64,000 nucleotides of DNA from Bacilli bacterium (GTDB taxonomy: Bacteria > Bacillota_I > Bacilli_A > RFN20 > CAG-826), in NCBI GenBank assembly GCA_024408295.1, contig JAKSVE010000003.1, positions 2,043 through 66,042 of the forward strand, read 5' to 3'. Each line of letters starts with the position of its first letter. Positions within the stretch are counted from its first letter, which is position 1. Below the pieces are notes generated by a model that worked only from the letters and a program-made list of their open reading frames with translations, did no database searches and had not been told where the DNA came from. The position numbers and the translations under genes are program-made. Below, one piece after another: positions 55,182-63,527 of this stretch.

Positions 55182-57658
55182 TGATTACTAAGAAGAAGAT
55201 ACAGGAAATACAGAATAAAATTGAGTCTGCAGAAATCTACACCCCAGACTATCTTTTCGGTTTGACTAACGAACAGATTGAATCAAGAGTGGAAGAAGGC
55301 CTGACCAACAAGAGCAAGAAACGAGTCACAAAGAGCTTCTGGCAAATCCTTAAGGACAACGTTTTAACCTTCTTCAATGTCATCTTCTTTGTGGTCTGTG
55401 TTCTCTTGTTAATTGGTGATGTGGATTTGAAGAACTATTTCTTCGTTATTCCAATCCTCTCGAACATTATCCTCGGTCTTATCACCGATTTAAGAGCGAG
55501 AGCCTTAATCAATAAGTTGAATCTTGTCACAAACCCTACCCAATCCGTTATGAGAGAAGGTAAAGAGTATTCTGTTCCTTCTGAAGAACTTGTTCTCAAT
55601 GACGTTATCGTCTTGCGTTCAGGAGATCAGGTTAATGCCGACGCTGTAATCTTAAGTGGTAAGGCATCGTTTGACGAATCATCTATCACCGGAGAATCTG
55701 ATTCCGTCACCAAGACGGTAGGTGAAGAAATCCTCTCTGGAACATATGTCGTTTCCGGTGTTGTCTATGCAAAAACCACACGAATTGGCCCTGCAAACTA
55801 TGTTGAAGGTATCGCGGAAGCTGCAAAGAGTTTCAGAAGACCAAAGTCGGAAATCAAGACATCATGTCTATATATCTTCCGTGTCACAGGAACAATTGCC
55901 TTGGCTATCGGATTAACCATGATTGTCATCTGGTTATTCAAAGGACGACTTAACTACGAATCATATAGCGAGAACATCACAAAATTCGCAGGTTCAATCG
56001 TCGCTATGATTCCTGCCGGATTGTACCTCTTGTCTTCAATGACTCTTGGTGTTGGTGTTATCAATCTCGCTAGAAAGAGGATAAATGTCCAAGAGCTTTT
56101 CTGCATCGAAACCTTAGCTAGAGCGGACGTCATTTGTTTTGATAAGACCGGAACATTAACCGATGGTACATTAAGCGTTAAAGAAATTTTCAATTTCTCT
56201 GATGTATCGGATGCTGAACTAAAGAATCGCTTATCATCACTCGTCAAGGCTACACAAGATAGCAACGGTACTGCAAAAGCAATCGTTGAATATTATTCAG
56301 ATGGCGATTACAAGGCTATCGCAGCTATTCCGTTTGACTCCGTTAAGAAATATTCTGCCGCAACGTTCGAAGATGAAATGACCTATGTTATTGGAGCATA
56401 CGGATTTGTTGATTCGAAACCAAATAAAGAGGTTGAACTATTTGTTAGAAGAAAAGCCTCAGAAGGCGTTAGAACCGTATGTGTTTTCAAAACAAACAAA
56501 CCGATAAAGGATTACATTTTGCCAAGTAAATTGGAATTAATCGCAGTTATCGCAATCTCTGACCATATCAAACAGGACGCTAAGGATAATATCGCGTGGT
56601 TCGATTCTAATGGTGTTGATATCAAAATCATCAGCGGAGACGATCCAACAACCGTTGCGCGCATCGCTAATGAAGTTGCGGTTCCTGGAGCAGCTAAGTT
56701 CATATCCTTAGACGGTGTTTCCTTGGATGAAATACCTGATTTGGTTGATGAGTATTCCGTCTTTGGACGAGTTAATCCACAACAAAAGGAAAAGATCATC
56801 GAGAGCTTACAGGAAAAAGGTCATAAAGTCGCAATGACGGGCGATGGTGTTAATGATATCCTCGCCTTAAAGAAAGCTGACTGTTCCATTTGCATGGCTT
56901 CTGGATCTCCAGCGGCAAGAAACTCAGCACACATGATTGCTATGGATAATGACTTCTCTCACTTGCCAGATGTTGTCGCAGAAGGAAGACGCGTTGTTAA
57001 CAACCTTCAGAGAACTTCTTCCTTGTTCTTGTCGAAAACAATTTTCGCCATAGTTCTCAGCATTGTTTTCATAATTGTTGAGATTTTCGGTGGACCTGGA
57101 TACCCATTCACCACCTCAAATATGATTCTATGGGAAATCATCACAATCGCTGGTGGTGGATTCCTTTTGGCTTTGGAACCATCCAAAGAACAAATCAGCG
57201 GATCCTTCTTGGGTAATGTCTTAAGAGGCGCTGTTGTTGCTGGTGCGTGCCAAATATTCGCCGTCTTGGTTGTTTATATCTCATTTGCATTCGCTCCAGA
57301 ATTCTTCATGGATTCCTACACTGTCACATCCACCATCGCAGTATACGCGTTCTCAATATTGTCCTATTTGGCATTGGTGAAGAACTGCTTACCGTTCAAT
57401 AAGTATAGATTGTTCGTGTTTATATTCTTGCTCGTTGTTGGCGCTGCATTCATTGTCGCTGACAACAAGATATTCGGATTCATGACGAATTTGATTAGAG
57501 GCGCTGGAGGACACGGTGGAATCAATGAATTCCTAACCATCTATCACTGGATATTCATGGCGTCCTTAATCGTTGTGGTTTCCGGATTGTTCACTGCTGC
57601 ATCGCTTATCACCAAAAAGGTATACACTCACATAAAGGAGACGAAAGATGAGAATTAA
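55181..57658 (+). CDS. Cation-transporting P-type ATPase
   Basis: 825 aa. ITGESDS, phosphorylation motif CFDKTGTLT, hinge MTGDGVNDILALKKAD. The start overlaps the upstream stop (TAATG). Confidence 0.9.
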   Translation: MITKKKIQEIQNKIESAEIYTPDYLFGLTNEQIESRVEEGLTNKSKKRVTKSFWQILKDNVLTFFNVIFFVVCVLLLIGDVDLKNYFFVIPILSNIILGLITDLRARALINKLNLVTNPTQSVMREGKEYSVPSEELVLNDVIVLRSGDQVNADAVILSGKASFDESSITGESDSVTKTVGEEILSGTYVVSGVVYAKTTRIGPANYVEGIAEAAKSFRRPKSEIKTSCLYIFRVTGTIALAIGLTMIVIWLFKGRLNYESYSENITKFAGSIVAMIPAGLYLLSSMTLGVGVINLARKRINVQELFCIETLARADVICFDKTGTLTDGTLSVKEIFNFSDVSDAELKNRLSSLVKATQDSNGTAKAIVEYYSDGDYKAIAAIPFDSVKKYSAATFEDEMTYVIGAYGFVDSKPNKEVELFVRRKASEGVRTVCVFKTNKPIKDYILPSKLELIAVIAISDHIKQDAKDNIAWFDSNGVDIKIISGDDPTTVARIANEVAVPGAAKFISLDGVSLDEIPDLVDEYSVFGRVNPQQKEKIIESLQEKGHKVAMTGDGVNDILALKKADCSICMASGSPAARNSAHMIAMDNDFSHLPDVVAEGRRVVNNLQRTSSLFLSKTIFAIVLSIVFIIVEIFGGPGYPFTTSNMILWEIITIAGGGFLLALEPSKEQISGSFLGNVLRGAVVAGACQIFAVLVVYISFAFAPEFFMDSYTVTSTIAVYAFSILSYLALVKNCLPFNKYRLFVFIFLLVVGAAFIVADNKIFGFMTNLIRGAGGHGGINEFLTIYHWIFMASLIVVVSGLFTAASLITKKVYTHIKETKDEN

Positions 57659-58559
57659 TCAGGAAGTTAAGAAGGCTCTAGATGAAGGTAGAGCGGTTGT
57701 CGCTTTAGAAAGCACGATCATCTCGCATGGCATGCCTTATCCAAAAAACGTCGCTACCGCATTAATGGTTGAGAAGACTGTTAGAGACAATGGAGCCATT
57801 CCAGCTACGATTGGAATTATCGATGGAGAGGTTGTTGTTGGAATGACACCTGATGAAATCGAAGAATTCGGTAAAAAAGCAGGAATTGCAAAGGTTTCCA
57901 AAAGAGATATGCCGATAATTATCGCAACCAAAGGGTGGGGTGCAACAACCGTTTCAACCACGATCCTCGCCGCAAAAGCCGCAGGTATTTCGCTATTCGT
58001 CACAGGCGGAATAGGGGGCGTTCATCGCGGTGCAGAAACCACATGGGACGTATCTAGAGACCTATATGAATTAGGTTCAGAACCAGTTACCGTTGTATGT
58101 GCTGGGTGTAAAGCCATCCTTGATGTAGACAAAACACTAGAAGTGTTGGAAACACAAGGCGTACCTGTGCTTTCCTATAAGGAAGAAACATTTGCGAACT
58201 TCTACTGCCGTAGCAGTGGAAAGCCGGTCGACTACGTATTTAATGAGCCTATCGAGGCCGCAAGGGTAATGTCGGCTCAGAAAGACTTTGGATTGAAAGG
58301 TGGAATCTTGATTTCAAACCCATGCCCAGAAGAAGATGCCCTACCTCACTCGTATATCGATTCAATTATCGATCAAGCCATCAAAGAGGCTGATGAAAAA
58401 GGCGTAAAAGGTAAGGATTCCACACCGTTCTTATTAAAAAGAGTGGTTGAACTAACTGGTGGAGACAGCCTCGAAACAAACATCCATCTAGTAATAAACA
58501 ACGCGGTATTAGGTGCAAAAATCGCGGTCGAGTACGCTCGATTGAGAAAGGAGAAATAA
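57648..58559 (+). CDS. psuG: Pseudouridine-5'-phosphate glycosidase
   Basis: 303 aa. VVALESTIISHGMPYPKN and GGIGGVHRGAE are PsuG/IndA family signatures. Overlaps the upstream gene by 11 nt. Confidence 0.9.
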   Translation: MRINQEVKKALDEGRAVVALESTIISHGMPYPKNVATALMVEKTVRDNGAIPATIGIIDGEVVVGMTPDEIEEFGKKAGIAKVSKRDMPIIIATKGWGATTVSTTILAAKAAGISLFVTGGIGGVHRGAETTWDVSRDLYELGSEPVTVVCAGCKAILDVDKTLEVLETQGVPVLSYKEETFANFYCRSSGKPVDYVFNEPIEAARVMSAQKDFGLKGGILISNPCPEEDALPHSYIDSIIDQAIKEADEKGVKGKDSTPFLLKRVVELTGGDSLETNIHLVINNAVLGAKIAVEYARLRKEK

Positions 58560-59119
58560 TGACAACAGAAGCTAAATTCAAATACGCTCTCAAAGAGATG
58601 ATGCTTAGCCAACCTCTTAACGAGATCAACGTTACGGCATTATGTGAGAAATGCAAATGCCATAGACAGACATTCTATTATCACTATCAGGACATCTATG
58701 ACCTTTTAGCCGCCATCTTCTTGAATGAGAAGATTCCTGGTCTATCTTCTTCTGATGACATCAAGACTACGTTGATGTGCCTCATCAACTACGCCAAAGA
58801 GAACTTTGAATTCCTGAAATCGAGTTATAACTCAGCTGCTCATGACCTAGTCGAAAATTTCTTCTTGAGCAAGGTCATGTCTAAGGTCTTCCTCATCTTG
58901 GTTAATCGCAACAACTATGGTTTAACCAAGGATTCATATAGAAACGCAGCAAGAAGATTCGCTCGCTTCATAGGTGAGGAATTCTCATACTCATTCAAAG
59001 ACGCAAGAATTTCTCCGCAGAAGTTCGAGAAGAACATGAAGAAATTCGTAAATTGCGCAATATTAACCGTTCTCCCGTCCTTGATTGAACTCGCAAAGGA
59101 AGAGAAGAGAAAACAGTAA
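58559..59119 (+). CDS. TetR-like transcriptional regulator (DhaS/TetR_C_8-type)
   Basis: 186 aa. INVTALCEKCKCHRQTFYYHYQDIYDLL is an HTH motif. The start overlaps the psuG stop (TAATG). Confidence 0.75.
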   Translation: MTTEAKFKYALKEMMLSQPLNEINVTALCEKCKCHRQTFYYHYQDIYDLLAAIFLNEKIPGLSSSDDIKTTLMCLINYAKENFEFLKSSYNSAAHDLVENFFLSKVMSKVFLILVNRNNYGLTKDSYRNAARRFARFIGEEFSYSFKDARISPQKFEKNMKKFVNCAILTVLPSLIELAKEEKRKQ

Positions 59120-59276
59120 GAAACGGCTTAAATAGCCCAATTTAATAAATTAAGAGTGCACATTCCTAAAAGAAATCTATATAATCTTAGGGAACATAAA
59201 TCCCTAGATTGTGTGGCGATGGAATGGAACACGTGCGTTGGCTATTCCACAACGCAACACCTCTGGAGGTAGTTTT

Positions 59277-60476
59277 ATGAAGAAAAACGATATCAATGCT
59301 TTAGTCGTTTATGTGATCATGCTCGCAATCGCGATTGTCACAGGTTTGGTTTTCATTCGTCCAACATTTGCCGAATTTAATGCATCAATCCCACTCAATA
59401 ACGGATTCTTGTTCATTTTGTTAAGCGTTCTTGGATCAATCTTATTCAACGCAACAATCATCGAGCTTGGACACGTTATCGGAGCCAAGATTGGAGGATA
59501 TGAGATTTATTCAGTCTGCGTTCTTTGGTTCTCTTTAAAAAAGAGAAAAGGCAAGATGAGATTTAGAATCGCAAACTTCGATGGATTAACCGGAGAAACA
59601 AAAGTCACACCAAAAGACGTTTCAAAATCCAATCCAAAGCCAGCGATCTATTTCCCAATGTTGTTCTTGCTTCTTGAAGTAATCGCAAACATTTTCCTTA
59701 TTTCATTCGCATCAGTCCTCCAAGATTCAAATAACAGCTGGCCATGGTGGAAAGCTTTCGCAATCGTCTTCTTGGCTGCTGCATTCATGATTTATATCTA
59801 CCAGATATTCCCTGCACAGCTCGACAATAAGAATGATGGATATTTATTTGCTATTCTCACAAATCAGACCAACAAAGAAGCTTATAACAACATGCTCCTT
59901 TCAGAATACAAGATGGCGATTGGCGAGGAGGTCGGAGAACTCCCTGTCTATGACAAAGTCACAGACTATACATCAAGAATCAACGACTTAACGCTCTACA
60001 AGAAACTTGATAATTTAGAGTATGCTGAAGCAATTGCAATCTGCGAGAAGACTATCTCATGTGAGAATGATGTCTCAGATAGAGTATTCTTCACCGCGGT
60101 TTCCAACAAAGTTTCATTAATGATTCTCAGCAACCAGATTGAAGAAGCTAGAGAATATTGGATTTCACAGAAGCACGACACAAAGAAAACAGTTCTTACC
60201 GGATTCAACGCCCCATCAGTTAGAGCATATATGCTCATTAGTGCGATTTTGGACGCTTCTGAGACAGAAACAAAGAGAGCATTGGAATTAGCTGAAGGCA
60301 GCATCAGAACTTCCGCTACAAACAAGAAATCAGTAGAAGAAAAACTCATCAACATTTCCTTTGATGAAATCGTTAAGGCCCATCCAGATTGGGACTTAAG
60401 CGAATACCAGGATGATCCTGAGGAAAAGGAAGAAGAAGCTGAGGAAGAGGAAGAATCAGAAGATTCAGCAGAATAA
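59277..60476 (+). CDS. Membrane protein with degenerate M50B-like (site-2-protease-like) region and cytoplasmic helical-repeat domain
   Basis: ATG at 59277, 7 nt after GGAGG (track start 59211). About 5 TM segments. NATIIELGHVIGAKIGGY resembles HELGHxxxxxxxGG but carries I in place of the first His. Acidic tail EEKEEEAEEEEESEDSAE. Confidence 0.55.
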   Translation: MKKNDINALVVYVIMLAIAIVTGLVFIRPTFAEFNASIPLNNGFLFILLSVLGSILFNATIIELGHVIGAKIGGYEIYSVCVLWFSLKKRKGKMRFRIANFDGLTGETKVTPKDVSKSNPKPAIYFPMLFLLLEVIANIFLISFASVLQDSNNSWPWWKAFAIVFLAAAFMIYIYQIFPAQLDNKNDGYLFAILTNQTNKEAYNNMLLSEYKMAIGEEVGELPVYDKVTDYTSRINDLTLYKKLDNLEYAEAIAICEKTISCENDVSDRVFFTAVSNKVSLMILSNQIEEAREYWISQKHDTKKTVLTGFNAPSVRAYMLISAILDASETETKRALELAEGSIRTSATNKKSVEEKLINISFDEIVKAHPDWDLSEYQDDPEEKEEEAEEEEESEDSAE

Positions 60477-60482
60477 TTGAAG

Positions 60483-60518
60483 CCTTCATTCGATAAAACG
60501 AGTGAAGGTTTTTCTTTT
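60483..60518 (+). terminator. Intrinsic terminator
   Basis: CCTTCATTCG (60483-60492) / CGAGTGAAGG (60499-60508) followed by TTTTTCTTTT. Confidence 0.7.
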
Positions 60519-60604
60519 GCCTTTAAAAAAGTAAAACAAGGCATGAAGTATAAAAAGATATAAATACCAAATTGTAAAGATTTATATTGAGAGAAAAAAC
60601 AGCA

Positions 60605-60634
60605 TAAAAAAAGAGCGGTGTTCAATTCCGCTCT
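60605..60634 (-). terminator. Intrinsic terminator of the AbiEi-like gene
   Basis: AGAGCGG (60612-60618) / CCGCTCT (60628-60634), immediately after the stop at 60636. A U-run follows on the minus strand. Confidence 0.7.
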
Positions 60635-60635
60635 A

Positions 60636-61259
60636 CTAATGTTTCCAAAGGTTTCTATATAGGTCTGTTGCAAGCAGTTTTGAAGCTGTCTTGGCCGGGA
60701 AGAATCTTGTCGCTTCCATGACATCGTTAGCAGCGAGATGCTCCTTTCTGATGTAGTTAGCCAATATCGGGTAGTTAGCCTTGATGGTGGCTAGATCGGT
60801 CATTGAGATGTAACTAAGGAACGCGTTAAGCGTATAGTTGTCATTCGTGATCTCCATATACGGTTTTCTTAAGACAAATCTCTTGGAGAACATATAAACA
60901 GATTTCTTTCCGCTTGTAGCCTTGTTGGACATGATCTCTAGCTTCTGATCAAGGGACGGTCTTTTTCCTGTTATGGAGTTGATAAAGTTGATGCCGGTAT
61001 AGAAGCCAAGGCAGTTCTTCCCTGATTTGATATATCTCATTTCAATGGCATCCATTGCATTCGGCTCAGCGTCTTTCTTGCTTCCTGGAAGGTAATAAAC
61101 ACCATAAGAATATCTTCTAACAGCGCCTTCTTTTGTGAGTCTTAGAAGTTCCTGTTTGATGGCTGCTTGAGTCATTGATTTGTCGTGAATGTCAGAAATA
61201 AAGAAGAGCTCTAATGGCTCGTACTTATCCTGAATTTGCATCAAAATCGTTTTCTTCAT
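60636..61259 (-). CDS. AbiEi-antitoxin-like / DUF6088-like winged-helix protein (no toxin partner adjacent)
   Basis: 207 aa. The N-terminal pattern FISDIHDKSMTQAAIKQELLRLTKEGAVRRYSYGVYYLP is typical of AbiEi-type N-domains. Confidence 0.6.
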   Translation of the reverse strand: MKKTILMQIQDKYEPLELFFISDIHDKSMTQAAIKQELLRLTKEGAVRRYSYGVYYLPGSKKDAEPNAMDAIEMRYIKSGKNCLGFYTGINFINSITGKRPSLDQKLEIMSNKATSGKKSVYMFSKRFVLRKPYMEITNDNYTLNAFLSYISMTDLATIKANYPILANYIRKEHLAANDVMEATRFFPAKTASKLLATDLYRNLWKH

Positions 61260-61354
61260 AATCGAATTATAACATAACCTATAAAAAAGGTAAAAAGATA
61301 ACTTTATTTTTTTAAAAATTTCGTGTTTATCGATACTTTTTTAATATTTTTTAG

Positions 61355-61402
61355 TTAAAAAACACCAATATTGGGGTGCAATCCTTTGTTGGTGTTTTTT
61401 TA
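61355..61402. terminator. Bidirectional terminator-like hairpin downstream of the GNAT gene
   Basis: AAAAAACACCAA ... TTGGTGTTTTTTT with a long loop. The stem core is 61363-61368 / 61389-61394. Confidence 0.55.
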
Positions 61403-61445
61403 TAGGTTCTTCTCATACGCGTGTGCGTGCGATAAATATTAAGGA

Positions 61446-61967
61446 TTATTGGTTCGCTGTTTTTTCGAATAAAAACATCTCTGATGGGCCTTCCTCTGAT
61501 TTTTCATCTTCGTTCGGGTCTGGATAATGAGAGTTGTAAAATTTAACTATTTTGAATCCTAACTTATTTACGTAGAAGTGGATGTTCCTTTTCTCAAAAT
61601 ATGGTGTGCAAGTAATCCATATTTTTGTTTTCGGATAAAGGCGTTCAACCTCTTTCCAAGCCATTTGTCCTAGGCCTTTGTTATGGTATTTTGGGTTGAT
61701 AAAAAGAATCTCCAACTCATTCTTGTTGGACGATTCGTCTATCCTTTGAATCAGGCCTCCGACCTTGATTCCGTCCTCCACGATCCTATATGCAATGCCA
61801 TGATCAATGCAGCGTGTTATCGTCTCCCTGGATATTATTTCTTCATCGCCATTGAAATCATCATCAATCTCGCCGACCTCTCCGCATGCTCCATATTTAA
61901 ATGCCTCTTGATTGTCCTTAATGAATTGCTCTCTGTCTTCAGGGGACAGCAGCTCTAATCTAACCAT
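61446..61967 (-). CDS. GNAT-family N-acetyltransferase
   Basis: ATG at 61965-61967, 9 nt after GAGG (track start is TTG at 61982). Acetyl-CoA motif INPKYHNKGLGQMAWKEV. Confidence 0.85.
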   Translation of the reverse strand: MVRLELLSPEDREQFIKDNQEAFKYGACGEVGEIDDDFNGDEEIISRETITRCIDHGIAYRIVEDGIKVGGLIQRIDESSNKNELEILFINPKYHNKGLGQMAWKEVERLYPKTKIWITCTPYFEKRNIHFYVNKLGFKIVKFYNSHYPDPNEDEKSEEGPSEMFLFEKTANQ

Positions 61968-61980
61968 GTTTCTATACCTC

Positions 61981-62128
61981 AAAAAACTCGATTACAAAAA
62001 TTGGTATTTACCAATCTGTATCGAGCTCACTCAATATCTTATCTAACAGGCGGCCTACAAGACCTTAAGGTCTTATTATCCCCTACGCTACGGCGTACTG
62101 TCCTCCGATAACCGGTACAACTATTATA
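61981..62128 (-). promoter_or_regulatory. Promoter plus ~150-nt structured leader with intrinsic terminator (riboswitch/attenuator candidate) upstream of the GNAT gene
   Basis: TATAAT on the minus strand at 62123-62128. Hairpins on the minus strand: TACGC-CGTA-GCGTA and AAGACC-TTAA-GGTCTT. Terminator stem CTCGAT.ACA / TGTAATCGAG (61987-62025) plus U6 (61981-61986), ending 13 nt before the ATG. Confidence 0.5.
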
Positions 62129-62322
62129 CGCGCTCTAACTTTCTTTACAATCAAACGTTTTTACCTATTTTTTCGTTAGTAATAAGAAAGTGATATTGCC
62201 AACAACGTTTTCGTGCGATGATGCATTTCATCCGCTTGATTCATCATAAAAAATCCCGGAAAAAGCGATTCTATGTAACATTCGTTTTTTCTTTTTAAAG
62301 AAATACGTTTATAGTTTTATTT

Positions 62323-62919
62323 GTGATAACAACTAATACTACGTATAAGGAATTCCAGTCTTGTTGGAATGATGAAAAGAAAACCCTGTCTAAGCGTGAT
62401 ATTGCATTGATATCAGGCAAAGACGGCTTTAAGAACGCGATAAAGGGTTTCCTTACAGCAGACTACTACAAGAGAGGAAAACTAATCGAAGAAGGTCAAT
62501 TGGTTCTTGGGTATATCTTCAAGACATGGTCTTCCTCTGATGTCGGTTATTGCCCATATTGGGTATTGTTCTCACCATCACCAAAGGTTAATGAGAATCC
62601 CCAATTGCTCAAAGACGTTGCAAAATCATTGTCAGGTTACACTGAAGTAAAGGGCGACAAAACATCAAAAGCTCTGCACAAACTGTTAACCCAACCCCTA
62701 AGTGAAGCTAAATACTTCGAGCTTCCCGAAAGCATAACCAACGGAAATCTAATTTACTTATCAATCGTGTACTTGAGGCCCGAATGGCGAAATAACATTC
62801 GTCTTGGTCTCAACCCATTTATCGCCAACCAAGGCATATCCAAAGAAATACTCTACCTACCCGATCAATTCTGGAGTGGATACTTCAAGGAATGCTATTA
62901 CAATAACGAATTAATCTAG
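62323..62919 (+). CDS. Hypothetical protein (198 aa, no recognisable motif)
   Basis: GTG is the only possible start and no SD is present. TATAGT (62310-62315) sits 7 nt upstream. Followed closely by the MBL-fold gene. Confidence 0.5.
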   Translation: MITTNTTYKEFQSCWNDEKKTLSKRDIALISGKDGFKNAIKGFLTADYYKRGKLIEEGQLVLGYIFKTWSSSDVGYCPYWVLFSPSPKVNENPQLLKDVAKSLSGYTEVKGDKTSKALHKLLTQPLSEAKYFELPESITNGNLIYLSIVYLRPEWRNNIRLGLNPFIANQGISKEILYLPDQFWSGYFKECYYNNELI

Positions 62920-62929
62920 GAGGAACATC

Positions 62930-63526
62930 ATGGCCACACTCTTCTATCAAGGACACGCTTCGTTTAGAATAACCGCCGACAATGGTGCTGTTGTATTCAT
63001 TGACCCATATGAAGGAGAAGGGTACAAAACACCAGCTAATCTAGTCCTCATCACACACGAACATTACGACCACAACGGAATCGACAAGATAATTCCTGGA
63101 GATAGATGCGTGGTCATCAGATCAAAGGATGCCCTTCAAAATGGAACATATTATGATTTCGATGCATTTGGCATCCATATCCAAGCAGTTCCTGCATATA
63201 ATTCGCATCATAAGAAAGAAGAATGCGTTGGATATGTTATCGAAATCGATGGTGTTAAAATCTATCACGCCGGAGACACAGACCTCATTCCAGAGATGGA
63301 AAACCTAAAAAATGAGAACATCGATTATGCGTTATTGCCAATTGATGGATTCTATACCATGCCGCCAGAAGACGCAGCAAAAGCAGCGGACATCATGAAT
63401 GCCAAACACTTGATTCCTATGCATTGCAAACCTGGTCAGATTTGGGACATCAAGCAAGTCATGAAAGTACACTCCGACAGAGCAATGCTTGTAAGACCTA
63501 ACGATAACATTAGATTGGAGAAATAA
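62930..63526 (+). CDS. MBL-fold metallo-hydrolase
   Basis: 198 aa. HxHxDH motif (LITHEHYDHNG). AGGAGG lies 6 nt upstream. Confidence 0.85.
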   Translation: MATLFYQGHASFRITADNGAVVFIDPYEGEGYKTPANLVLITHEHYDHNGIDKIIPGDRCVVIRSKDALQNGTYYDFDAFGIHIQAVPAYNSHHKKEECVGYVIEIDGVKIYHAGDTDLIPEMENLKNENIDYALLPIDGFYTMPPEDAAKAADIMNAKHLIPMHCKPGQIWDIKQVMKVHSDRAMLVRPNDNIRLEK

Positions 63527-63527
63527 C

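Noticed and set aside
59996-60724. 242-aa minus-strand ORF
   Set aside because: It is antisense to the acidic tail and 3' half of the 59277-60476 gene (Ser-rich shadow of GAA/GAG repeats). It runs across two terminators and overlaps the AbiEi-like gene's 3' end.
62176-62247. 23-aa minus-strand ORF (MMNQADEMHHRTKTLLAISLSYY) in the divergent intergenic region
   Set aside because: It has no Shine-Dalgarno and no evident promoter context, and it lies upstream of the predicted GNAT promoter. Nothing distinguishes it from chance.
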